This document shows positions 53,321 through 64,000 of a stretch of DNA of 64,000 nucleotides, piece by piece (the stretch's first letter is position 1; every line of letters starts with the position of its first letter). The position numbers were made by a program, and so were the translations under genes. The notes below the pieces were generated by a model. It was given only the letters and a program-made list of their open reading frames with translations, ran no database searches and was not told where the DNA came from. Origin of the DNA: Podarcis gaigeae (lineage: Eukaryota); assembly GCA_964106915.2 (NCBI GenBank), contig OZ066918.1, one strand, 5' to 3'.

Positions 53321-53566
53321 GAGCCAGTGTGGTGTAGTGGTTAAGAGCAGTAGTCTCGTAATCTGGGGAACCGGGTTCGCGTCTCCGCTCCTCCACATGC
53401 AGCTGCTGGGTGACCTTGGGCTAGTCACACTTCTTGTCTCTCAGCCCCACTCACCTCACAGAGTGTTTGTTGTGGGGGAGGAAGGGAAAGGAGATTGTTA
53501 GCCGCTTTGAGACTCCTTAAAGGGAGTGAAAGGTGGGATATCAAATCCAAACTCTTCTTCTTCTTC
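53321..53566 (+). mobile_element. Squam3-type tRNA-derived SINE with (CTT)n tail
   Basis: GAGCCAGTGTGGTGTAGTGGTTAAGAGC head, box B GGTTCGCGTC, CORE-like GGGTGACCTTGGGCTAGTCAC, and tail CTCTTCTTCTTCTTC. Confidence 0.85.
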
Positions 53567-54285
53567 CTCCATCACCATGTACCTTGAATGTGGCTCAGGG
53601 GCAGTGAGAAATTCAAGAATAGCACACAGCGGTAGGAGAGGGGGGATTGCTTCATCTGGCAAGCTGCAATGCTTGCACAGATGGAACATTTGGAGGAGTG
53701 TGACACTGAATTCCACCCATCACATATGTACTCAGGGAAACCTGACAGATATTTTGGAAATTTAATTGTTTGCAGTAACTGAAATCAATTAATTTTAATT
53801 CAAGTAATTAAAAAAAATTAATTTACCTTGGCATCTTGACTATCTCAGAAAGAAACCTGTAATGTGTGTTTCCCTTTAGTTATCAAAAAGAAATATTTTT
53901 TGCTTCTGAACTATGAAGAAGTTGCACTTGAAGATCTTTCCTAAACTGTCAAGCTAAGTCCTGTACATAGATACAAGTGAGTCTGATAAACTCAGAAAAC
54001 ATTGTTGCCAAAGTATACTTGCTGCCCTGAAAAGCCTTGATTCTTCCATGTAATTAAAATATAACTAAATTAGAAAATGCATTTATGAAATGGCTGAAAA
54101 ACCAGGGGAAGGAGGGATCAACTCTCCTGGACGATAAACTGCCCCTGGTATATGGCAAGCCAATCCTGTCTCCAATGTGGCTTTTCTGCCCATTCCATCC
54201 TGCTCCAGTGACATTTGTTTTATTGCAACCAATACATTAAATTTAATGGAAGCCACTAAAAGGCACTAAAGCAATTGCTCTGAGG

Positions 54286-54287
<2 letters not shown>

Positions 54288-54332
<45 letters not shown>
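54288..54332. repeat. (CT)n microsatellite, about 22 units
   Basis: Read directly from the sequence. Confidence 0.95.
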
Positions 54333-54335
<3 letters not shown>

Positions 54336-54811
54336 TAGTTAAGCAGGGATATTTTTGGGACACAATTAATGTTGTCATATGCATGCTCTAAAGCTGTCAC
54401 AAGGTATTACATAACTCATGTGTGCTACTCGAACAGTAAACTAGCACAATGTGTACTAGAAGTAAGAAAACCACCACTTCAGCAAGCTGATATCATCCAT
54501 GAGCTTGGAATTCAAGCCCCAGAAAACAAAGGTTAAAATTCCGGAGTACACTTCATACTTAAATGAAAGCTGGACATTTATGAAATTCTGGTGGTTATTT
54601 TGGTGAGTGTGTATGAAAGAGCCTGTTAACAATGAGGACTATTTCAGATCTTTCTTCTATCGGTTTTGGAGCACTAAATACACATGCACAAAGACATTTA
54701 TGGATATATGACCTGACCATGAAACAAATTAACAGTGGCTTGAAAAAGCTTGAACATATTCTTTCCTGCTCAAAATACCAAGAACAGCCACTTAAAGCAA
54801 CTACTATATTA

Positions 54812-55070
54812 CCGTATTTTTCGCTCAATAAGACGCACCAGACCACAAGACGCACCTAGTTTTTGGAGGAGGAAAACAAGAAAAAAAATATCCTTAATCC
54901 CAGAAGCCAGAACAGCAAGAGGGATCGCTGCTCAGTGAAAGAAGCAATCCCTCTTGCTGTTCTGGCTTCTGGGATAGCTGTGCAGCCTGCACTCGCTCCA
55001 TAAGACGCACACACATTTCCCCTTACTTTTTAGGAGGGGAAAAGTGAGTCTCATAGAGCAAAAAATACGG
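54812..55070. mobile_element. Tc2/pogo-like MITE
   Basis: TA|CCGTATTTTTCGCTC...GAGCAAAAAATACGG|TA; repeated AAGACGCAC; internal hairpin ATCCCAGAAGCCAGAACAGCAAGAGGGAT / ATCCCTCTTGCTGTTCTGGCTTCTGGGAT. Confidence 0.85.
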
Positions 55071-58000
55071 TAATTTACTTGTAGCTGGGGACTCAGTACA
55101 TACCCAGATGTAAAGAGAACAGAGCACAGCACTTAGGATCATGGTGGGGATATGTGAGCCTGCAAACAGCAACTCCTAAGTTTATTTGCTTTTAAAAACT
55201 TGTTTGAAATAAACTGATGAAAAGCAGACGAAGCAGAAGAAAATTTAGCTAATAGCTTTACACAAATTAGTATTACTGAGCAACAGAGCTCTTATTACAT
55301 CATAACTGTAATCACTAAGGGAAGAGCTAAATGTCATGAGACAGACAATCCCAGCAAAATTACTAAAGGTTTGAATCAGGAGAACTAGATAGGAAATGCA
55401 TGACAATGCAGAATAAGAATGTGGAATGACAGCATGATATAGTAGTTTTGCTACAGCTGATTGAAAGAAACGGGGCACAAAGACAGAACTGGCTGAATAC
55501 ATCTGCCCTGACTGTGCAGCAAAAATTACAGCAGTCGCTTGAAGGTTTCCACAATATGGCTTGTTCTGGTCCATCTCTTTGGGGGAGTGACCAGCAGAGT
55601 AGTCCACACACTCTGAGGGTTAAACTTAATTATCCTCCCCACATCCACATCCAGCAGAGTAGGAAATGAAATGGAGGGACAAAAAATGAGCAAGTATTGA
55701 GAGGCAAATGCATAGTGAACAATAAGAAGTACTCTACATATTATAAAATTGGGAAAGCCTGCATGCAAACTGAGAAGCATGTTAACTAAGTCACAATGCC
55801 TGGATGCAACAATTGCTTTGTGGAGTTGCCTGCATAGCCGGGGGAGGGGGTAGACTTGATCACAATGACATTCCCTAGTTTTGAAAACCGGATAGCCAGA
55901 CCTTTCACCAGATGTAACTTCTCTCCTATCTACTACAATGCTGGTAGTTGTATGCTTGATAGTAGTAATGCTTAGGATTACAAAAGAGCACAGATATAAT
56001 CCATGAATAATCATGCAATTTACTTAATTATTTATATGTTACAAAATTGGATTTCTTATCAGATTTTAACAGGAGATATCCTTTCAAAAAAGCATATTCA
56101 ATGCTTACAACACACTACTGCCAAAAAATATTGCGCTCTCTCACCCTCACCCTGCTTTAGCCAATGTATTTAATATGATGTTCCAAATTATTAACAGTCT
56201 GTGTGTGCTATCTAGTCAAGCTATTTGTTCAAAACACTGGAATATGGCCAAGGTTGCCAAGCCTGGTTGCCTTGAAAACAGGTGCAAGATCCCTCCTATC
56301 CCTAATCTCTGATATCATGGTTCATGGTGAGGGCAAAGCAACCTGCTGGAAGGAGGTGTGGGTGGTTATTGATTTGTTTCTGTTCTTGAGGGGTTTTTTG
56401 GCCTTGTATTTTTATGTTGTAAACTGACCTGAGGACTACAGATGATGGGGGCAGTATACAAATTTAATAACTAAAAATAGAAACAAATATATTGGCTTCA
56501 TTTGCCCTCAGTGAAATCATTACTCTCACTAGCTGATCTGTGATTGGCTAGGTTCATTAGTCTCAGGAAGATGTTCCAGTTTAAAAAACCAGGCAGTGAA
56601 TAGCAGCGAGGAGATAGGAAGGTAAACAAAATTTGAGTGTTCACTGAACATTCTACCCCTTCTCCAAAGCTTTACCTCCATGCACAAAATGGAAATGGCT
56701 ACCATTTAGCATAGCCCTAGCCTAGACCTTCCTCCTTTGGATGCCATCCGGAGGTCCCACCTCTTTTTAATTAACTCCTCTCTATTTTGATCTTTCTGCC
56801 ACTTTGGGGTAATGCTTCCATTTGAAAGAAGAAATGAAACCACTTCCCTGCTTCCTAATATTCTCTCCTCAAACTGCTCTGTGCATCAGAGCTGATTTCA
56901 TTACCTGCCGCCTGCTGCTGCTGGTGGTTTTATTTAAAGCACAGGCGTGTGGTGAAGAAAGAATTCAGCATGACCTCCCTGAACTGCTGGGGGATGAATG
57001 CTCCACTGCACTGACAGGGAGAAGCTGCTTCCCTTTCTTAAAACTAGCAGACTAAGCCAAGCATGGTTGCAAAGCCTCCCACATCCAGGGCCCCATTTTC
57101 AATTACTGCACGTGCTGAAAGGGTTTAAAAAAAGAAGTAAAAAAAAGCATAGGCTGATAATAATCAACAGTGAACAGATGAATGAGAATCTGTAAAATAC
57201 AACATCATAGAACATAGTAACGGGTACAGCAACTCCTGGCAAGAAAATTAAGTTGAATAGATTGTCTGGAGCTTGGCAGTACTCTTTCTGCAGAGGAACT
57301 GTACAAAGGAAAGCCAACAAGAACAAGGATGCTGCATCATTAACCCCTACCTTCAGGTTATCTTGCAATGCATCAACATAATAAATTGTAACTGAAGGGA
57401 AAGAAGGGTGGACCAAGTGTATGACTAGCTACTGCCAAGCTTCAAAATTCCTAAGCCCCAGTTCTCTCTGTGTGTTTTAATTAAATGGACAAGAAGGTCA
57501 ACCTTTTCCTCCCTGAAGCTATTTAACTTCAGGAAGGCCCATTTACACAGCTCTGACAGGCAAGGAAGTAGAGGAATCAGGTTGAATTATGATAAAATAA
57601 AATATAACCCTAATTGCTCTCTCTATGAAAAATCTCCTCATTTAGAAATGTACTTAAAATAGCTATTCATGGCTTAGTGAATTCCATTACACTGAAAAGT
57701 CAGCATCAACTATTACGTATATTCACATAATCCTAGCACTCCCCCAAATTAAGTTGCATTCCAAATGTTTGCCAAGATCTCACTGTGCATTTCCAGAGTC
57801 ATCACTTATCAAGTACACATTTGCAAATGAGAAACCACCTTGACCCTGCTGTGCATTCTCTTTCAATTCAGGGTAGTCTTGGAAAAAGTCCTTCTTCCTG
57901 GGCCACAGCTCTGCCTTCCTAGACTTAAACCATGTGGCAGCACATGCCCCATTTATTGCTCATGTGATGCTATTTTGAAAGCTTGCTAAACCCTAGCAAG

Positions 58001-58107
58001 GGGTAATATAAGGCTTCCAATGCAGTCAGCCGGGACAGAGTAGGGTGAACTCTTCTGAACAGTGCTCCATAAGAAATAACAGAATTAAAAAGATGCATGT
58101 AACTCAC

Positions 58108-58186
58108 CTGTTCTTCTGAAAGCTGTGAGATGTGATTCACAGCTGCGTAAGACTCTATCTTTGGATTGAAATGGTTGATAATGGCT
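58108..58186 (-). CDS. ARMH3: ARMH3 third-from-last coding exon
   Basis: ctctctgtttcag|A + [26 protein letters not shown]|gtgagt; 79 nt, phase 2/0; continues in frame into 30950. Confidence 0.93.
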
Positions 58187-58927
58187 CTGAAACAGAGAGA
58201 GAAATTTTACATTCATATAGGAAGGTCAGAGAGTGAAAATATTCCCCATTACGTGTTGCAAAGAAGCCTTTTCTTCTACTGTATTGCATAGCTGTGGTGT
58301 CATTTTAGCTGACAAAGTTTAAAATCAACAGCTCAAAGGCATATATTTACACATATCAGTTCTACATGGAAAACCAATAAAAATTAGGGCCATCTGGTGG
58401 TTACTAAGTTACCTGGGATTTCTTATTTGACACCATACTATTTCTTATTCGACACCATACCTTGAAGCCCTCCTCTTGAGTTTGCCTGAAACAGATTCTA
58501 GAATAATATATCCATACATATAGTCTTGGTCTGTTCAGTCATCTGGATATTTCTGCTTCAAACAGATTATATATATATTTTCAGGGGGGGGGAGGTTCTC
58601 AGTAATTATGATCTAACAAAAAATGCAGCTGAGGAGATGAGGTTCTAGGGATCAATCAGCAATTTCCCTTCTCTGATGGCTCCAGTGTTCACAGTCACCC
58701 TAAACATGAAGCAGCTTATGTTTTGCTACACAAGAGCTGAATGTAGACATAGGTTGCTCATTTTCAAAGTTGCAAAACAATGCTGGCATCGGGCCTGTCT
58801 GCATGTATGATACTTCTTGCCTGTTGGAATCTTTCAGCCTTTCAGTGCTGAGTAGTCTCAGACAGTACTCAAATCCAGAAATTGCCACAATGGTTCTCAG
58901 ACTTCAATTATGCTGTCCTCAGAAACA

Positions 58928-59395
58928 TTTATTATTATTATTATTATATTATTATTATTATTATTATTATTACCCCGCCCATCTGGTTGGGTTACTCTGG
59001 GCGGCTTCCAACAGAATATTAAACAGAATAAAACTTCAAACATTAAAAACTTCCCTAAACAGGACTGCCTTCAGATGTCTTCTTAAAGTCAGATAGTTGT
59101 TTATTTCCTTGACATCTGGTGGGAGGGCATTCCACAGGGCAGGTGCCACCACTGAGAAGGCCCTCTGCCTAGTTCCCTGCAACCTCACTTCTTGCAGCGA
59201 GGGAACTGCCAGAAGGCCCTCGGAGCTGGACCTCAGTGTCCGTGCTGAACGATGGGGGAGGAGACACTCCTTCAGGTATACTGGACCGAGGCCGTTTAGG
59301 GCTTTAAAGGTCAGCACCCATACTTTGAATTGTGCTCAGAAACATACTGGGAGCCAGTGTAGGTCTTTCAGGACTGGTGTTATGTGGTCTCAGCT
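58928..59395 (-). mobile_element. L2 LINE 3' end, 5'-truncated and fairly young, with (TAA)n tail
   Basis: ORF 59036-59317 (LTFKALNGLGP.YL...RTLRSS...RAFSVVAPALWNALP...LKAVLF) is the L2 ORF2 C-terminus; (TTA)n at 58929-58972. Confidence 0.88.
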
Positions 59396-60830
59396 GCCAG
59401 GGTAACAGCTGCTATGCTAGTTTCCCAGCAGATGTGATGCTGTTACTTACTAGGAGATGGGAGGTGCGGCAGGGAAGTCAGCGCAGTGCAAGCATGCCAG
59501 CAGGACTGCCAAATTCACATCGTATTGACTTCTTGGTAAGCAAAAGTAATCCATCTGCTGAGAAACTAATGTAGCAGCTGCACCATATCAGATGAGCCAC
59601 CTATGACTATCCCATAGCACCACTATTTTGGGAGGATTGGTCAGTCATATTACCAGAAAATCTCCAGCACTAAGACAATACTGTATATTAGAGGAGAGTT
59701 TTAAGTCGAGTTCTTCCCAAGCAAATTTTATCAGCCAGGGCAGTCTATGGTGCATTGTGTATACAGTTGCATGTAGCTTCTTAAGTATGCTCTCTGTGGC
59801 CTAATGTGATATTAACCGAAACAGATAGTAAAACAGCAAAATATGATACTAATGACACTTCTGACCCAACTATAGCATCAAAGGTAGACAACATGTAAGC
59901 AACCTTATCTGCAAAGCGCATAATAAACAAGTCACAGCTGAATGGAGATGCTGACAAGAACAATATGATATTTCAAATAACTTCCACTTACTCCTCAGTA
60001 CAATGTTGAATCCCCGTACAAGGCTATTAGAGTCTTAGGAGTTAAGACAATAAAAATGTATTTTTATATATTGAGAATATTTCTAAACCACCCTCCATCA
60101 GCAGATTGCAAGGTGGTATATAAAAGTGCAAATAAAATTAAGTCTCATACAACATACAACTGCAATTTGTGACCAACACAAAATAAAATAAAACAAAGGC
60201 AAATGGAGATAAAGCATGAACTTCCTTTTTGTTTCAGGTTGTTAAAAGTCTCCCAGTTCAATGAATACAAATACTGATTTCTTTATGGTAAGTGTGATAA
60301 CAGCTCTTCTAAAAGTAAATTGCTTTCATAGACATAGCAGAGGTCAATACATTACATGAACACTAAGGAGATGAAGAAACGATTCAAATGATTGCCTACA
60401 AAGGCTGCACTTGTTTCCCTAACCTAAAACTTTTCTTAGTTCTTGGAACTAAGTTCTCTCTCCAAACCTCTTGCACACAGAACCCTTAGAATCCATTCCT
60501 TATTCCAACTACTAGACAACATTTGCATTCGCATGCTAAAAGTCTTTATTTTGATAATTTTGCTTTTATATAATCATTGTACAGAATACAGTGTCCCATA
60601 ATGAGCAAAGGGGGGCAAGCAAAACCCTTTGTAAAAAGACAGCTGTATTCATCCAATGAGAAGGAACTGGCTCTCAGCCCACTATGCTTTATCAAGGAGA
60701 TTAGTGCCAGGGTAGGAATAAAGTTTCATTTTTGGTGGTGATGGGAGGGAAGTATACTTTGAGGAGACGCTTTACCTACTGCTACAAAAAAGTAACAGAG
60801 GAGCAAAACACACACATCCTTCTCAATATA

Positions 60831-61076
60831 CAGCCATACCTCGGGTTAAATATGCTTCGGGTTGAGCATTTTTGGGTTGCGCTCTGCGGCGACCCGGAAG
60901 TAACGGAAAACGTTACTTCCGGGTTTCGCTGCTCGCGCATGCGCTCAAAATGACGTCAAGCGCATGCGCGGAAGTGGTGAATCGCGACCCGTGCATGCGC
61001 AGACACGGCTTGCATTCACTTTAGGATATGAACAGGGCTCCGGAACGGATCCTGTTGGCATCCAGAGGTACCACTG
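60831..61076. mobile_element. Tc1/mariner-superfamily (Tigger/pogo-like) MITE
   Basis: TA|CAGCCATACCTC...GAGGTACCACTG|TA; CpG-rich, related to 45312-45519. Confidence 0.8.
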
Positions 61077-61140
61077 TAGATATATCTAAACTTAAACATT
61101 GAATTCAAGAGGGGGAAACCATTAATATTAGATAACAATA

Positions 61141-61761
61141 CAGTGGTGCCCCGCAAGACGAATGCCTCGCAAGACGAAAAACCCGCAAGACGAAAGGGTT
61201 TTTCGGTTTTTGCGTCGCTTCGCTAGACGATTTTCCCTATGGGCTTGCTTCGCAAGAAGAAAGCCCATAGGGAAATCTCCGGGGACCTCTTTTAAATGCT
61301 GGCGGTGGGGAGCAAAGCCTTTCCCCCCCCTCCGGCCTTCAGAAGAGGTCCAGGAAGGCCGGCGGGGGCCGAAAGGCTTTGCTCCCCACCGCCAGCATTT
61401 TAAAAGCGGTCCGGGATAGCAGGGAAGCGCTTCCCGCTATCCCGGACGGCTTTTGAAGGCAGACGGGGGGGAGCAAAAACATTTGCCCCCCCCCCAAAGT
61501 CTTTGCTCCCCCCTGCCTGCCTTCCCGGGAGAGCGGAGAATCGCAGGCGGGAGGGGGAGCAAAGACTTTCACCCCCCGCCGGCCTTCAGAAGAGGTCGGG
61601 GGACAGACTGTCCCCGGACCTGGTCTGAAGGCGGTTTCCATAGGAACGCATTGATTGATTTTCAATGCATTCCTATGGGAAACCGTGCTTCGCAAGACGA
61701 AAAACTCGCAAGACGAAAAGACTTGCGGAACGAATTAATTTCGTCTTGCGAGGCACCACTG
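61141..61761 (-). mobile_element. Second, inverted copy of the 47847-48967 MITE family with a different interior
   Basis: TA TSD and the same TIRs; about 180 bp at 61580-61761 is a near-identical reverse complement of 47847-48027. Confidence 0.9.
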
Positions 61762-63799
61762 TATTATCAATCCAAAGAGAACAAGAGTAGCTGGAAGTCC
61801 CCAGGAGTCCCCAACCTAGGTGATATCCTCTATAAATATTGTATTCATAACATACTCAGACATTCTAGGACTTGGGTAAGGTAACCCAACAAAACTTCAC
61901 AGTAAGTCCAATTTTTCTCTCTTGGAAGGGGGGGGGGCAGAGTAGTATGTAGCTAGAACATTTCTATCAAGAAGTATTATGGGAAGGAAACAGGGATCGC
62001 TCCTCCACTTTCCCTTCAGCACACCCCTTAACACTGCCTGCAACAGGAGCAGCAGCTTCTTTTCAAAGCAAGCTGCTCTCCCCCTCCAACTGAGACCAGT
62101 GACTTTGATGGATTCCACTTGCCTATGCCAGCATCATAATGCAGCACTAATGTATTTTCTGGACCACAAAAATAATTAGTTTTGGTGTGGCTTAGCACTT
62201 CTAAAAGTTATTGATTCACTCCAAGCTACATGCAGCATGACCTTTTATCCCTGCCCTCCTATGGTAAGGAGGAGCATATGGTATTCATGAGGTGCAGGGA
62301 GGGGTTCCTTCATAAACAGATAACACATGACTGCACTTTAATTTAGTCAGATCCAGCCTTCCTACATAGTCCTATTCTGCAGAACTTCGGAGCAAGAGAG
62401 CTTGCTATAAAGCACTCTTCTAAGTAGCTAGAAAAGGAGAACTGTGAAGAGGCCACAGAACGAACTATGAATGGAGGGATTCCCATCTGCCATCATTTAG
62501 ATCCCCTGGGAAACTCACTAAGCCTTCTGAAGCCTGGAACTGGGTGTATGGAGAGCAGCTGAGTGACCGCTCAATGCAAGACAATTGTAGACATCCAGAG
62601 GAAGTTCCATCAGACTTTGGTGCCTGTCCATAAACTCCAGAGTGAAAGACTAGGGTGAAGTCATCATTTTCAGGGGCCCCTCTTCCTTGTGAGAAAGTTT
62701 GGGCTGACCCTTCGAGTGTTCTCAAAATATTGAGTGGTATTCAACTAACCCACCCTGTCAGTGCAAGGATTTCCACCTGCACAATGAGACCTTCTCCCCT
62801 CAAGGAGAACAAGCAGCACAAGCAGCAATCCTTGTTCACTTAGCGCTATACTGGATTTCATCCAGTATTTTAAGTGTAGAGAGCTCAGCAGCAATTTTGC
62901 AAAGATTTCAGTCTTCTCTTATAGTACCACCTTATTAATGTCAGCCATGCATAAATGGCAAGAAGTACCAAACATGTGAAATGAGATGAATATGACAGAA
63001 GGATGAAAAGGGGAAAACAGAGAATAAAATATCCAAGTAAAATTACCTTATGGGCAGCTAGAGAGTCAGAGCATAGAATAAATCAATAAAAACAATTTGA
63101 TAAAAGCAATCAAAAGTGACTGTCAAAAGCCCCATGGCAACAAACAAGGATGGTCCTGGCAGGATCTATCAGAGGGAGCAGGAAATAGGAGGGGTCCAGA
63201 TAGTCTGCCCAGATGCTGCTGGACATCCCAGCTGTCAACCTGCCTCTAGAGATTGAGATTGCCCTGGCAACCAGGGAGGTAAATGAGCCTGAATCAGATA
63301 GTGAGATGGCCCCATCTCGAAAGATGTGCTGTTAAATGTGCTGGCAAGCAGATCCAGCCTACACACAGGAGTGCCCGCTTGCTTGTCCAGTCCCATTGTT
63401 TGGGACATGAATCATGTGACCATCCCGCTCTGCAAAGCAGGAGCAAAGTGGACATGTCAGCTGTTGTGACAATGTGTTAGCTTCTGCCAACCATGTATCT
63501 TACACTTTTATTTCTGAATTACTGATTCTGAAGCCTGTATCTTAATCTATGTTTAAACTATGTGATGACTTTTGGAATAAACCTTTGAGAATTCTCAAGT
63601 CGAGAGTTTGAGTACTTTGTCTGAGAGTGGGAGCCAGGAGAGTGATGCTTGATGAACTACTCATATATATTGCCAATTGAAAAACATATTTTTAAGTAAT
63701 AGCTAGAAGACCATTACCTCCAGTACAGGCCAGGGCAAATTTTAAGATTTTCCAATGAGACCCTGTTAGTGGTTTCACAACTACCAGATCACTACAAGC

Positions 63800-63990
63800 G
63801 TTGTAGTGATAACATTCGCCATCTCCCTGTGGAATGATGTGCAATTCATGAGCCTTTAAATGCTTCTTAAAAACTTACCTGTTTACACAAGCTTTTTAAA
63901 GAAAACTCTTGACTCTTAATTTTAAATTGTTTTTGATTTGCACACTAGTTTTACTTCTGATACAGCTTTGTTCTGCTATAAGATTTTAAT
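63800..63990 (+). mobile_element. Degraded L2-like 3' end
   Basis: CTGTGGAAT...CTTAAAAACTTACCTGTTT...GCTTTT followed by a T-rich tail. Confidence 0.4.
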
Positions 63991-64000
63991 TATATATACA

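Noticed and set aside
53321-53395. tRNA gene (also 1858-1925 and 11575-11657)
   Set aside because: These are tRNA-derived SINE heads followed by SINE bodies and tails, not intact cloverleafs.
58418-58461. 22-bp tandem duplication (also a degenerate duplication of about 85 bp at 38590-38735)
   Set aside because: Ordinary local slippage duplications with no sign of function.
58770-59096. ORF with poly-Leu/poly-Tyr run
   Set aside because: Translation of the (TTA)n tail of an L2 element.
59781-59963. Possible upstream ARMH3 exon (contains 'VNI')
   Set aside because: The surrounding residues do not match the expected ARMH3 sequence and there is no phase-2 donor; the preceding exon probably lies beyond the window.

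Overview
Vertebrate genomic DNA, most likely from a lacertid lizard (inferred from Sauria/Squam1, Squam2 and Squam3-type SINEs). Two genes lie on the minus strand in the order seen at human 10q24. ARMH3 (C10orf76) contributes its last three coding exons (58108-58186, 30834-30950, 28797-28889 with stop) and a 27-kb intron. About 23 kb further along is the CpG-island promoter and first coding exon of KCNIP2/KChIP2 (5283-5355). The rest is intronic or intergenic DNA holding SINEs, L2/CR1/RTE LINE fragments, probable solo LTRs and several non-autonomous DNA-transposon (MITE) families. There is no prokaryote-type system or CRISPR array, and almost all long ORFs in the track are artefacts of GC-rich or repeat DNA. 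The best leads are: (1) a young TA-targeting MITE whose interior is built from nested palindromes; (2) two inverted copies of it bracketing a frame-shifting ARMH3 exon; (3) a second MITE packed with ETS/NRF1/CRE promoter motifs; (4) an RE1/REST site and triple E-box at KCNIP2; (5) a tandem splice donor that would give ARMH3 an alternative C-terminus. Gene and repeat-family names come from recall of the sequences, not from database searches.
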